DNA of 64,000 nt, taken from Chiloscyllium plagiosum. Lineage: Eukaryota. Where the stretch lies: assembly GCF_004010195.1 (NCBI RefSeq), contig NC_057719.1, forward strand, positions 53,784,204 to 53,848,203. Direction: 5' to 3'. Below the pieces are notes generated by a model. It was not told the origin of the DNA and ran no database searches. It was given only the letters and a program-made list of their open reading frames with translations. Shown here piece by piece: positions 24,021-37,643 of this stretch; position 1 is the first letter of the stretch, and every line of letters begins with the position of its first letter. Position numbers and translations under genes: made by a program.

Positions 24021-26449
24021 ACTGTTATGGCACGAGTGAACACCCCTGCTCATTTAAACCAGCAACACAGAAAAGATTTATCCCATGCAGTAATCTGTGA
24101 AAATTCAAGAGACCAAGAATAAAAATAAACAACTTTATTTTTTAAAAGTATAACAGAGAGCAATTAACTAACAATTATTTACAACTCCTTCCTCTAACCT
24201 ATATTTTATTTTTTCTTCTATAATACTAGTCTGATAAAATCCCCCAATTAATATTTACCAAAAATTCAAATTTCAAAACCAGCCAGCTGTCAAATTTTCT
24301 TTGTATATCTTTCTCTGTAGATTTGCTCTCCAGGTCAGTGTTGATGTTTTTCTCTGTGCAAGCTCCTTCTCTAGACAGGTACCTCTCTGAGAGTTCTAAC
24401 TAACAGCCTACATCTGTTAGTCTTTTGGCAGTTCTCCTCCAACTGTTCAATTTTCTCCAGTTTTATACCCCCAAAGCATCAGATTGTGTCATTGGCTTTT
24501 AATGTTGTCAATATACTAAATTCAAACTGGATTGGAGTTTTTTTTGGGGGGTATAATTTAAACTGATTGGCCTGAGTCAAATTTGTTTTTTTCTCCAGGC
24601 AACCGGCTACACGAGCTGCTGGACCACATGTTACATTGTATCTTATTCAAACCATTTGTTGCTGCCAAGTAGTTCTGCTAGCTTTTAACTCTCTTAAAGG
24701 TACAGTACACCCACATCTTCATAACAAAGGCTATAATAATGTCAGGTGATGAGTGGCCCGGCAAAACCCAAGCTGTACAGAGTAAGCAGGCTATTGCTTA
24801 GTAAGTGACACTTAAAAGCACTATTGATAACCTTTACGTCACTTTACTGATGATTACACTACAGTACAGGAGTCACAAGGAGAAAGGGTGTGCTTGATCG
24901 TCAGCATCTTGCTCAGGGAAACCTGATCTGCAGGAGTGAGGAAAAGCGGCCTTGAAAGCAGACAGAGCAGCACCAGCTGTCTCAATAGAAATAGACAGGA
25001 CAGTCATTGCATGGGTGCAAGGGAGTCACAATTAAAGCCTTGCTCTATTCAATGCTTTAGCAATAATTCTGCAGATGTCCATTAGTGCAACTCAATGTAA
25101 GTTCAATTAGAAAACAGAATCTAAAATTTCAAACTCTTCCCCTGGCAAGGTACAATTTTCTTGTTGTGGGGTGGGGGGCTGGGTGACATGGGCAGCAGCT
25201 GGGGGAGAAGGAGGCACCAGCTTCTTGCCTGTTATGTCCCAGTTAATCCTGTGATGGTGAGGTCTGTGCATTTTTCCCTTCTTGTTGTTAACTGAGACCA
25301 ATAGAACTTCCAAGCAATGAAAAGCTGTTGACCTCCAATTGCTCAGCAGTTTTTGACAGGCTGGACTTCTACCTCAGGATCCTTGATCCAAGGAAAGACC
25401 TTGGAAAAAAAACAAAAACACTCAGTACCTGATTGGCACTTCATGCCTTCCTGAAAACAATCGACATGAGGATCCCACACATCTCAATATGGTAAGCAAG
25501 GCTTCATTGGTTGCCATTTAAACAATACCTAACTTGTGTGTTCAAACCAGATTTTCAAGTAGACGGTTTTATCAGCACAGCAATCATTTTAACAATTTAT
25601 TTCATCCATTTTTGTTAAAATAATCCTCTCAGCATATTAAACATACCACCTGAAACCATCTCCATTGATCTGCTTATTGACTGTTGTCAGAACTGTACCC
25701 TCATTCAAGCAAACAGAAATATTTTTATCACACAACAGACTTATTCCTTATAGATGGTGGATAGGATTTGAGGAATCGGGGGTGAATCATGATTTGCCTC
25801 TCAGCTTTATTTCAAATTTTAGGATTCGTTCTGGTTAGATTTTCACCTTTATCTATCTTGTTTCGCTTTCCAAATTCTTACTTTTGTTCTTGAACCAACT
25901 TTGTCTCACTCCACTAGTTCACCAATGTCCCTGCCACTTGTAACATTCACTGCAAAAATCAGTTCAGTATCCACACAAACTCTAAACATACACAGTTCAT
26001 AATCACCAATAACTGTAGAGATAGATTTGGAAGTTATGTCTTTTGTCTTCAACACTGCTTGCAATGGCAGACTGCTTATGTTGGATGTTTTGAAACTTCC
26101 TCCAACTAAAGCTTGAAAATCTCAAAGTTATCACCTTTGCTCCCATCGTAAATTCCATTCCCTCTCTATTGACTCCATCCTTCCACTTTAATAAAAAAAA
26201 ATCAGACTGCTTGCAAATGTACCAGGGTTCTCTCTTGCCAGGGATTTTCAGCCCCAAAGACCTAATTGAACAATCTCACGAGTTTTATTGCAACTATAGT
26301 AGAATTAAATAGAAGAATTCAGTATTCAAACAAAAACTAACAGAAGCAATGTTATCTTGGCCTGACCTCCAGCTGGTGAACAAGCTCAGTCATCAGCTCG
26401 TCTGGGAGACAGATGTGAGTTTGCATTATGCTGAGTCATTCTTGATCAA

Positions 26450-27840
26450 ACAAGCACACCAAATTGGAAAAAATATGGAATATTTGAAGAAGGGCCAGTC
26501 TGAGGCTCAAGTTAGGAGAACAGGGTGTGAGAATTGTGGAAGACACCACAAAAGAAAATAAAAGCCCAGCACAGAGAGTGCAGTGCTCCAAATATAAGAA
26601 GCTGAATTGATTTTTACACATGCATTTAGCTCAAAAGAAACAAAGCAAGACCATAAATATAGCTGCTGAAAAGACGCTGTATGACAATTCAGAATCGTTC
26701 CACACTACACAACAGGTTTGCATATCAGTGGTGAATAGTTTGTGACTGTTAGAATGATGATTGTGGAAGGATAACACCAAGTAAATGGGAAGTGCCAATT
26801 AGATACTGGTAGTTCATACAATATCATGAATTTAGTCAACTTTTGTGAAATATGTTTAAAAGGTTAATTAAAGATAAAGCTGTCAACATTCAGGTAGAAC
26901 CAAATGATTGTATCGTCCTACTATTCTCATTTCAATGTTGCACTGCCCCTGGTAGGCAGTGCTAGTATTTTTAGTACTAGAGACATGGAAGTTTAAAGAG
27001 AGAAAAAAATAACTGCATGTTTTGGAAGAGACTTCCAGTATTTCACTGGTCACTAAAATATTGACTGCTGAACAGATCATGGAAGATTACAAAGATGCTT
27101 ATACAGGTCATCAATGTTTTGGTCTGCTTTCACACTTTAGGGAATCTATGATGACGCTATGATTCAGTAGATGAGCATATGAGACCATCTCAGCACTAGT
27201 ATTAGTTACAAAGGATTTCAAAACTTTGGAGAGGTCCCACTACATTCTGCCAACAATTGAAGTAAAGTTGCTACCACTTGCCAGGGCAAAGCTCTTTACT
27301 GTCCTTTGATATGAAGGATGATTACTGGCAAATAAAGCTGATGCAAGCAACACTTATCTGATGATATTCTGGATGCCATTCTTGAGATCTAGGGGTTGTG
27401 CAATCTATTTGACATTTCCATGCTCCTGAAGTGTATCATTGCAGACAGTGTGAAATAGTCAGTGAGCTCTCTGAAGTGGAAGCTTTTGTTGATGATTTGC
27501 TGGTCTATGGATGTGGGAGAAAATGATGGAACAAGTCATCACAGATCTTAGTGAAACTACTACAGAAATTGATTGACGAACCTGAAACTGAACATTAAAA
27601 AAATGCAATAGTAGATGCTAGAAATTGAACGCATAGTTCATTTACTGACATCAAATGATTTTGCCCAGACCCGAACAAGGTGAGAGCTGTAGCAGGGATA
27701 CAATGACAAACATATACAAATGTGATTAAATGAGTTATGAAGTTTGTGAAATGCCTAGCAGTGCTTGTCTGTAATCTGTCATCAAAGTATGAATGGAGAT
27801 AGAAGCTTACTGTTAAGGGTGTGCAGTGGTATTGAGCATT
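26450..27840 (+). mobile_element. Ancient Gypsy relic (zinc knuckle, protease, RT)
   Basis: CENCGRHH (~26525), KCQLDTGSSYNIM (~26790), EAFVDDLLVYGCG (~27480-27517); many stops and frameshifts. Confidence 0.7.
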
Positions 27841-28939
27841 GTAACCAGATATGGAAAAGATTCCACAATTCATTTAAGGAGGGATGAACTATTTCTTTAT
27901 TCACCCAAACCTCCGGTTGGTTGTAGCAAGGTTCATTTAAGAATGATTCCTTCCATTGTGCACAACTTTATCCTTGACCAAATTTTAAATGGGGCTAATT
28001 TAAACAGGTTTTTAGAATTAACAAAGAATGAGTTTTGTTAACTACTAAGCACAAGAACAATTAGAAATGTAACATACACACACACACAAATTAGAAATAG
28101 GAATTGAGTCGGAAAAGGTAGAAGTAAAAAAAAAACACATCAGTCTCTGAATTTTGCAGATAAGTTGCAATTTGGGAATTCCTATTCTTTCTGACCATAA
28201 TTGAACTCCAGCATTCAGGATAAGAGAGAGTTCTTTTGTTGTCCTGTTTCCTTTCTAACATGTTTGCAGCACTCTGTGAGAGAGAGAGTCTATACCTTCA
28301 GCCTAATGGTGACTACAGGATATTTCTTCACCTGTGATCTTTTACAGTACATCAACCCTCCGTTATTTGGTCCATCATTTTCTTTCCACATTCATTGATC
28401 AGTAGATCATCTGCAATAGCTTCCACTCCAGGGGCATTACTGACTATTTCACACTACCTGCATTGATGCTCTTCTGTGCAGTGGACATATCACATTAAAT
28501 GGCATGAGAATACTCACTCTCATGAGCACACACAAATGGATTTAAAACTTTTTTTTTAAACCCTGTGCGCATGCATTCTTCAAAGAGAAAAATACAATAT
28601 ATCTGCAGTTTAGACACAATCTTCAGGGGCTGAGGAAATGTTGAGCAGGATTTTGCCAGCTCCTAAATATTTTATTAGTCACAACAGTTGCCTTTTCCAC
28701 TCTTTGAACGTCTGTTGTTTGAAGTTCTCTTTGCATCTCTCTCTCTCTCTCTTGCTCTGTGTACCACGTGCTCACTCTCTCGCATCTAGTGTGTTAATGA
28801 ACCTTATTCTGCTGCACTCAGGTGTCTGGCTATTTTTGCTGCTTGGCTACTTTTCTTTGATTGTTTTTATTTGTTCATGAGGTGTAAGCAAAACCAGTGA
28901 GTCAAGAATTTGTTGCCCATCCATAGTTGCCTACAACGT

Positions 28940-29902
28940 CATAGAGTCATAGAGATATACAGCACGGAAACAGACCCTTCGGTCCAACTCGTCCATGCTG
29001 ACCAGATATCCCAACCTAATCTAGTCCCACCTGCCAGCACCCGGCCCATATCCCTCCAAACCCTTCCTATTCATATACCCATCCACATGCCTTTTAAATG
29101 TTGCAATTGTACCAGCCTCCACCACCTCCTCTGGCAGCTCACTCCATACACGTACCACCCTCTGCATGAAAACGTTGCCCCTTAGCTTTCTTTTATATCT
29201 TTACCCTCTCACCCTAAACCTATGTCTTTTAGATCTGGACTCCCCCACACCAGGGAAGAGATTTTGCTTATTTATCCTATCCATGCCCCTCATGATTTTA
29301 TAAACCTCTATAAGGTCACCCCTCAGACTCCGATGCTCCAGGGAAAACAGCCCCAGCCTATTCAACCTCTCCCTGTAACTCAAATCCTCCAACCCTGGCA
29401 ACGTCCTTGTAAATCTTTTCTGAACCCTTTCAAGTTTCACGGCATCATTCTGATAGGAAGGAGACCAGAATTGCACGCAATATCCAGAAGTGGCCTAACC
29501 AATGTCCTGCACAGTCGCAACATGACCTCCCAACTCCTGTACTCAATACTCTGGCCAATAAAGGAAAGCATACCAAACGCCTTCTTCACTATCCTATCTA
29601 CCTGCGACTCTACTTTCAAGGAGCTATGAACCTGCATTCCAAGGTCTCTTTGTTCCGCAACATTCCCGAAGACATTACCATTAAGTGTATAAGTCCTGCT
29701 AAGATTTGCTTTCTGAAAATGTAGCACCTCACATTTATCTAACTTACACTCCATCTGCCACGCCTCAGCCCATTAGCCCATCTGATCAAGATCTGATGTA
29801 ACCTTCTTCGCTGTCGACTACACCTTCAATTTTGATGTCATCTGAAAACTTACTAACTATATCTCTTATGCTCACGTCCAAATCATTTATATAAATGACA
29901 AA
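28940..29902 (-). mobile_element. CR1 LINE 3' fragment
   Basis: Reverse tail CATAGAGTCATAGAG; ORFs KLDKCEVLHF and KLERVQKRFTRTLPGLEDLSYRERL. Confidence 0.93.
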
Positions 29903-30209
29903 AGAGTCAACCACATTGCTGGGGATCTGGACTCACCTGTAGGCTAGACAGGTAAGGTTGGCAAATGTCTACTCCTAAAGGACTATTTTTAAAAAAAAAT
30001 TTCTTCATTCAGATGAGGACATCACTAACTAGGCCAGTATTTATTGTTTGTCCCTAATTGCCCAGAGAGCAGTTAAGAGCCAACCACATTGCTGGTGGTT
30101 TGGAGTCACATGTAGTCCTGACAAAGTAAAGATGACAGCTTCCTTCACTAAAGGACATTAATGAATCAGACTTTTTTTCCAACAATTTACAATGGTTTCA
30201 TGATCATTA

Positions 30210-30640
30210 TTAGAATTAAAATTAGATTTACTGTCGCATGTACTAAAGTATAGGGATACATGAGTTCAACGAAAAGTGTACAAAATCACCATTACTGGCA
30301 CCATCTTATGTAAAATGTTATCTGGGTACAAAATCTTAAGTATAAATTAGAAAAATAAATAAATAAAAGGTAAAAGTTCAGTATTACAGTCCTTCTAAAG
30401 CAGGGAGTCCACATTAGGTTTCATTGAGGCAGGGATCCCGCACTGGGTTTCACCTTGAGGCCTACAGTCCCTGCTGGGCTTCACCTTGAGGCCTGAAGTC
30501 TGTGCTGGGCATCACCTCGAGGCCTGAAGTCCGTGCTGAGCTTTCTCAAGGGCAGAAGTACGTGCTGCGTTTCACCTTGAGGCCTGCAGTCTGTGCTGGG
30601 CTTTCTCAAGGCCAGGCGTGCATGCTGGACTTCCTTCAGA
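30210..30640 (-). mobile_element. Second copy of the VNTR-plus-tail retroposon family (31-bp unit)
   Basis: Tandem ~31-mers GGGCTTCACCTTGAGGCCTGAAGTCTGTGCT at 30415-30625; the tail matches 5130-5360 in reverse complement. Confidence 0.6.
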
Positions 30641-30743
30641 GTTGAATTCAAATTCCATCATCTGCCATGGCTGGACTAGAACCCAAGCCCCTAGAATATT
30701 ACCTAGATCTCTGGATTAACAGTCAAGTAATAGTACCACTAGG

Positions 30744-30957
30744 AGAAAGTGAGGATTGCAGATGCTGGAGATCAGAGTCGACAGAGTGGTGCTGGAAAAG
30801 CACAGCAGCTCAGGCAGCAGCTGAGGAGCAGGAGAATCAACATTTTGGCAAGTGATCTTCATCAGGAATGATGAAGCGTTCTTGCCTGAAACATCGATTC
30901 TCCTGCTCCTCAGATACTGCCTGACCTGCTGTGCTTTTCCAGCACGACACTCTCAAC
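30744..30957. mobile_element. Fold-back Penelope-like mini-element (family 1)
   Basis: Inverted arms ~30780-30865 vs 30868-30957; imperfect TSD ATA(G/A)TA(C/T)CACTAGG. Confidence 0.85.
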
Positions 30958-31539
30958 AATAATATCACTAGGCCATCACCAGCTGTAAAGTGAATCAGGT
31001 ATGTTTTTACAACAACAGACAGCATAATTCCCGTCAGGCTAACTTTTTCTTCATTTACGGAACTCAAATTTAACTACCCATCATGGTGGGATTCAAACAC
31101 ATGAGAACATTAACCTGAAATTTTACATCACTGTCCCATAATGTCACTGTCTCCCAATTTTGGGCATTTTTCATCATTGCCACCTTGCCAGTGAAATTTA
31201 ACTAAAACTAATTCAATATATGTTTTTTTTATCAATCTGCATTTATCTCTTTCAAAGCATCTGCAAAGAACTTTATTTCAATTTCAGAGAACCATCTGGA
31301 TATGATGTACAAGCAAGGAATAAATACATACATCTTGTCAAGAGAAGCATGCAGTATGAAGAAAACTGACAAAGCTGACACAGTGTATGAAATCTTCTAG
31401 ATTCACTGAGAAACAAGAGTTGGACATGTTCCATCAGTTATCAAGTTAGCAGAGAAATTGAACATAACAGACCAACATCTTACCCAAAGTCAGCTACGCA
31501 ACAAATATTAATTGAGTTCACATGAGTTAGAGCCAAGAG

Positions 31540-32645
31540 CTAGCATGTTAGATCCCATCTTGACAAATAGGCCAGTTGATCATTGCTTATGCACAGAGAA
31601 CTCTTACCTTCATGGAGTTTACCCAACTTAATTGATCTGCTCAACCACTCACACTCTGTAGGTATTGTATACCTGTACATTATTCTGAGAGGCATTTTGT
31701 TCCTCCTGTAACTCATTGAATAGCGTGCACATGTCTTTCAATGGCTGTGGCCAGCTTTATCTTGCTTGGTCTGTAATTGCTTATTCTTTTTGCCTGATGT
31801 CCTTTTGATATCTTTTTTAAGTTGAGCACATAATGGGTAACGATGCTCATTAGATCACCAGAGTTTACAACTGAGGACTTGGTGTCGAGTAATGTTGCAA
31901 CATTGTTAAGGTCCAGGCTTTGGTTTTGTCAATTGTTCCTCACTTTCCTGGAGGCCTCCCTGCTATCCCATATCAGTGCTCCACTATAATCAAACTGTGA
32001 TACAGTGTGTTTTTGAACCCCAGAGTGACAGATTTATATCTGAGAGTTTTGTTTTTTCACCTTTTGCACAACGGGTACAAATTCATGATATGCATTTTCA
32101 TAAAATCTTATTTCTTTTATTACAGTCAGTCCCTCTGTTTGGTTTAGAGAAGTGAATATCTCCTTGGAATGTCAATCATTGTGGCCAGGCAGGTAGGCAT
32201 TGATCATGGGATAGTGACCAGTAGTCTGCCATTATCATTACCTTGCCCATCTTGGTAGTGAAATTATCTTCCTTCACTTATCAAATCAGCCTAGTGTATG
32301 TTGTCATGTTGACAAACTCAGAATGTCCAATCTTAGCTTGATCCCAGTGTCATGAATGCCCACACCGGTGCACCTCCTATGTATACTTGTTTAAACATTC
32401 AATACATATATAAATATTTGGATCAATCACAAACACTTATTGCATCCTTTCCCTGATTGAGTCTCAATGTGATTAATGTTGAGCTCGACAGAATGTCAAA
32501 CTTGACAAACACAACACTAATAAAGTATGGTGCATTTCATCAGTGGCACTTGCTAGCCCACGAAGTATGATTTGGAGCAATATCCCATTAGTAAACATCT
32601 TACCCCTTTTTTGCAAAATGGTTTACCTGTAAGAAAACAATGCAC
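31540..32645 (-). mobile_element. Very degraded Gypsy-like relic
   Basis: Minus-strand KLHEG (integrase zinc-finger-like, ~31607-31620) and pol-like remnants; weak signal. Confidence 0.35.
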
Positions 32646-32817
32646 AAATATTTTTTTAAAAATTCATTTAAGGACGTAGGTGCCACTGGCTGGTCAGCAC
32701 TTATTGCCCGCCCCGAGTTGCCTTTGAGAAGATAGTGGTTCAAGAAGGTACCTGCAGACCACCTGCTGTGGGTTGACTCACAATGCCATTAGGGAGGAAA
32801 TTCCAGAATTAATGGTG

Positions 32818-33530
32818 GAGCCCTTGGTCGTATTGTTGAACAGAGAGACTGAGGGGTTCAGGGTACATGATTCTTTGAAATGTGTATCACAGGTAGACAG
32901 AATGGTTAAGAAGGCATTTGGCACACTCGCCTTCATTGCCCAGACCATTGAGTATCGGAGTTGGGACATCATGTTGATGTTATACCGAACATTGGTGAGG
33001 CCACTTTTGGAGTACTGTGCACTGTTTTGGTCACCCTGTTACAAGAAGGATATTATTATATTGGAGAGGGTTCAGAAAAGATTTACCAAGATTTGCTGGG
33101 ACTGGAAGGTTTGAGTTATAGGGAGACACTCAATAGTATAGGACTTTTTTCACTGGAGTGTAGGAGATTGAGGAGTGACCTTATGGAGGTTTATAACATC
33201 ATGATGGCATAGATAAGGTTAAGAGAAAAGGTCTTTTCTCCAGGGTAAGGGAGTTCAAAACTAAGGGGCATATTTTTTAGGATGGAGATGAAAGATTTAA
33301 AAGGGACTGGAGGGGCAACTTATTCACACAGAGGGTGGTTTGTATGTGGAATGAACTGCCAGAAGAAGTGGTTGATGCAGGTACAGATACAACATTTAAA
33401 AGATATTTGGATAGGTACATAAATAGGAAACTTTAGAGGGATATGGACCAAACTCAGGCAATTGGGACTAGTTCAGTTTGGGAAATGTGGTTGGACCGAA
33501 GGGTCTGTTACCAAGCTGTATGTCTCTGTA
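32818..33530 (+). mobile_element. CR1 LINE 3' fragment (second subfamily), adjacent to a minus-strand LINE tail at 32655-32817
   Basis: QVDRMVKKAFGTLAFI...YRTLVRPLLEYCALFWSP...LERVQKRFTK. Confidence 0.9.
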
Positions 33531-33648
33531 ATGTTGTGCATGCTTTTATAAGAGTTATTAGGGTTAGACCACTAATAGGGCACCTGATGATGAGATTCAG
33601 ATGCCTGGGCGGGTGAGTTGCTGCATCATGATGGTTTGTAGATTTTTC

Positions 33649-33791
33649 GAGGAGAAAGTGAGGTCTGCAGATGCTGGAGATTAGAGCTGGAAATGTGTTG
33701 CTGGAAAAGCGCAGTAGGTCAAGCAGCATCTGACCTGTTCCCTGGATGCTGCCTGACCTGCTGCGCTTTTCCAGCAACACATTTCCAGTTA
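33649..33791. mobile_element. Short fold-back Penelope-like mini-element lacking the hammerhead
   Basis: Arms 33687-33730 vs 33745-33788; 11 bp TSD GTAGATTTTTC at 33638-33648 and 33792-33802. Confidence 0.85.
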
Positions 33792-35009
33792 GTAGATTTT
33801 TCCACAACTTGACTAAAAAAAAAATGATTCCTTAGGTTAGGAACAGATGGTGTAGGAGGTCTCCTCTGAGGACAAAGCTAAATCAGCCAGTACCAAGGTG
33901 GCCCAGGAAGTCCCTCACAGGGCCCTTATAAATCTTTAGGTTTAACTGCAACTTCTTTACATTTGTACTTTATACCTCAACATGCTATGGACCAAGTGCA
34001 AGTAAAAGGGAGTTGCTATGGACCAGACCAATCCCCCTTCAGAGATAACAAGGAGATATCCTAGACCTTAACTTTTATCTTATTTAAAGCCAGGCCGCAT
34101 CAGGAGATGGAGAAGGTGCTGTGTTCCAGATGTAATTTGATTGGTTACACTACTTGGCTTTAAGCAAATCACACTTTGTTCTGAGCCTACAATTAAAATA
34201 CAAAAAAAGGAAGAAAAAACGATATAATATAAATTCTGTTTGAAAACTATACAGAATAGTAGATTATTTAACTACTAAACAGCAACTGTTCTAATAAAAA
34301 TATCCCATACACACACCCTTGGCAAAGGTAAACTCAGTAAAATAGATTGTCTCTCATGTGATGTTTCTCTAGTGCAGAATGAAAGAATACCGAAAGAAAA
34401 TTCTGAGAGCAAGAGATATATGGCAGCTCCACAATCAACTTCAAAATTCCAACAACTGAAACCTAAACTAAAACCCTGGTTCTGTGGGAGCATGACTCCA
34501 CCCATTCACACTGCTTCTATTGTTCCATTTTTTAAAAAAGCCCAAGGCCTCGCAAGCTGTTTGCTACATTGGCTTGGAAGAGATTGTCTTAAACTCCCTT
34601 CATTAAAAAAAAACCTGGACAAAATATACCCCTTAAAGCCATAGTAATGTCACTCCTCCCTCCCTTAAAAAGTAATAACCATCAACATTCAAAGATAACT
34701 TCATTTTTAAAAACCTTTAGTCTGATGCCATTAGTACACTACAAAAAGTATACATTACATTGACTCTAAGCATGCAACCAATCACTACCACAGTCCACTT
34801 CAATCCATTTCTTTCGCCACTAACTCATTAGTTTTCATTCATCAAAATCGTGACAATGCACATTCTATTGTCCTGCCAAACGTACAATTTTTAAGTTGAA
34901 TAGCTGCAATAATAAGCTCCATTTAAACAGTCTGCTATTTCTGTCTCCAATTTTTTCAAAGATATTAAGGGCTATGATCAGTATATACAATCGTCTCAGT
35001 CACATTACT

Positions 35010-35520
35010 CAATTAGAGACAAAACAAACTGCAGATGCTGTAATCCAAGGTAGACAAGCAGGGGGCTGGAAGAACACAGCAAGCCAGGCCACATCAGGAG
35101 ATGGAGAAGTCAATGTTTCAAGTGTATCCCTTCTTCAGGACTGGTGGTGGATGCAAGGGGAGCTGCAGATAAGGGTGAGGGGGGTGAGGGGGGAGGTATG
35201 GGATAGGGATAGATGAACACAGGTAGAGGGTACGACCTGGTTGGTCAATGGGAGGACTGAATCCAGTTGGTAGCTGGAAGGAAGGGTCGGTCAGAAGAAT
35301 AGAAGGGAGGGGGAGGGGCTGGGAAGGGAGTTTGAGGATGGGAAGGGAGGTTATTTGAAATTGGAGAACTCAATGAGGAGTCCTTTGGGCTGTAGGCTGC
35401 CCACCCTCCACTTGTGTTCACCTATCCTTACCTCACCACACCAACCCCCTCCCCACCCAAAAACCTCCTCAATCCCCCTTCCCCCTTTATCTGCAGCTCC
35501 CCTTACACCTGCTTGTCTAC
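35010..35520. mobile_element. Penelope-like fragment (family 1 variant) with inverted piece, inserted in Gypsy RNase H
   Basis: 15 bp perfect TSD CTCAGTCACATTACT at 34995-35009 and 35521-35535; hammerhead on the minus strand at 35108-35142. Confidence 0.88.
35108..35142 (-). ncRNA. Minimal type-I hammerhead ribozyme motif (family 1 variant)
   Basis: AGUC-CUGAAGA-A-GGG-AUACA-CUU-GAAA-CAUU-GACU; 4 bp stem I AGUC/GACU. Confidence 0.65.
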
Positions 35521-37511
35521 CTCAGTCACATTACTGGCAACATAAATGTTGAAATATTGCAATGTCAACACCAAACTCAAGATCTCCTCATCAATCATGA
35601 AACCTCACTGTTGATGAATATTCAACTTTCTGGCAAAACTCCCAATAGGTCCACCTTCTCATCATCTTCTTGCAAGAACATAGCACCAACACCCACATCA
35701 CTTGCACTGATAATCCTTTGAATGGCTTTGTGTAATTAGGTGTGGCTAACACTGGGACAGTGGTTAACATAACTTTCAGGCTGTCAAATGCCTTCTGACT
35801 GTTCACTATCCACTGAAATGTTCTGTACTTCTTCAACAAGTCAGTCAGTAGAGCAGCCATGCTGCTAAATTTTGGTACGAATTTCTAATAAAAAACCATC
35901 AGTCCCAGGAATCATAGTACTTCTTTTTTGACAATGATCTGGGAAACTCCCCATTAACATTTCCTTTCCCATCCTATGGGGCCATCTGTCCATGTTCAGT
36001 GATATGGCCTGGGAATGTGACTTGGGCTTCTTCAAACACACTCTTAGATAGGTCTATTGTCTTCTGAAGTCGATTGCATCATTCTGATAGATACTCCAAA
36101 TGTTCCTTCCATGTGAGATAAAAAACACCCAGACTGTCTATTTACATCACACAACTGGGACAGTGAGAGGGGATGAGTGGAGGCCAGTAAATGGTAATCA
36201 GCAGAAGCTTTCCTTCCCCATATTTCATCTGAGACCATGGTACTGCATAGATTCCAGCATCAATATTGACTATTCTCATTTTTTATGCTCTAATTAATTG
36301 TTTTCTTTCTTGAGCATAATTGTACTGCTCTTACTATATTAAAATATTTTCCAATATTGTGCCAACACAGAGATTCATACATCATATGAATGAGGAAATG
36401 AAGTTTAGGTTATTAAAAGGTCTGGAATGTGCTGGATCATTTATATTCCAAAAAATGCTTTGTGATTAAAGAACAAAAAGGACATCCTGTTTCAGTAAAA
36501 TATCAGGATCCAATCACATTAAACTACTTTGCTTTTGGCGCTGAGACTCAAATCACAGTGGATTTGATTAAAGCTCACAAATTAATCATTTGATCTGTTG
36601 CAACTTAATTGCCACACATGTTTAACTGAGTTCATCAACATTGCATTTACTTCTTCACGGATACTGAAGTGATTTACATTTACACTGTATTTCTGCAATA
36701 TCCTATTTGGCTTGAAGTCACAATGACTTTGAATTGTACTTAGGGATGGATTGAATATCATAAACAGAAACAGTTCAACGTTTTATAAATTGACATTTAT
36801 TTACTTTTTTTAATCTTCAAGTTATCCATAATTGCAATGTAAAAATATGATGAGGACTGTTTCTTGATCATTTGACAACAGTAAGTATTCAATGATGTGG
36901 TAGGCAAAATGTTTTGTTATTAGCATTCAGCTAGTGTGTAAGACAGCTAGTTCCTACTGTTGTTTTGAAGTGCCTTTGCATTCCAGGATAATGTGAAATA
37001 GGCACCATACAAATTCAAAAGTGGTGATTTTTGTCAAGAGGTTTCATTGATTTTTTACATTTATTTGTGACATTCTCTATTTTTGTTTTTATTGTCAAGT
37101 CTTTCCTTCAAGGATTGTAGCTGCTGTCTCAGAAGTTGCTTATCCTGATGTGATATGGCCAAATGTCACTCCAGATTAGCCACTGACTCATCTTCTGAGT
37201 AGTTCACATTATCTTGGCATTTATTGTTTAATTCCTTGAAAGCTTCCAGTTTATTCTAAAGCATCTAGTTTTCATCTAGTTTTACATCCTGAACTATCTA
37301 TCAACTACTTTAATGTTTTGTTGGTGCAGTTTGTTTTCACTGTCATAACCTAGTTAATAATTATATTAATAATACTTACTGTTATTTCATTATCGAGCCA
37401 TTTCTATTTTTTTATTGAAGCTCAGACTTCTTGTTTTCTAATACAGTGGCTGTATCATTTCTTCTGTTTTGCTTGAAATCTTTCATGAGAGCATCATTGC
37501 TCTCGAACTTT

Positions 37512-37643
37512 GCCGGCCAAAGGTCACTGCACTCGATACATTAACTGTTTCTCTCTCTACAGATGCCATCAGACCTACTGAGTTACTCCAGCAATTTTGA
37601 GTTTGTTTCAGATGTCCATCATCTGTATTTCTTGGTTTTATTA
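37512..37643 (+). mobile_element. Old Penelope-like terminal fragment
   Basis: AGGTCACTGCACTCGATACATTAACTG...CAGATGCCATCAGACCTACTGAGTTACTCCAGCA; same family as 48262-48397. Confidence 0.6.

Larger units (their letters stand above)
19799..24726 (-). mobile_element. Gmr1-like Gypsy LTR retrotransposon (SCAN-gag, zinc knuckle, protease, integrase; RT/RH deleted)
   Basis: TGTTAT...ATAACA ends, 4 bp TSD AAGG (19795-19798, 24727-24730); 5' LTR 24023-24726; 3' LTR remnant 19799-20141; motifs ELVPEAYRQPFR, CFHCGKVEHVMSQC, ILGDTG, IDCVGPLP, DQGSNF, FSGPHKI. Confidence 0.93.
29903..30982 (-). mobile_element. Fragmented tRNA-derived SINE(s) of the 6037 family with two nested insertions
   Basis: Tail and body at 29995-30212, continuing at 30640-30742, head end at 30958-30982; partial second copy at 29903-29985. 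Confidence 0.75.
34014..36045 (-). mobile_element. Gypsy (Gmr1-order) 3' end: RT/RNase H, PPT and 3' LTR
   Basis: LTDLLKK...KAFDSLKVMLTTVPVLATPNYTKPF; RH end LLLQLFNLKIV at ~34880-34915; PPT AAGGGAGGGAGGAG at 34653-34666; LTR ~34014-34652; no integrase between RH and LTR. Confidence 0.8.
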
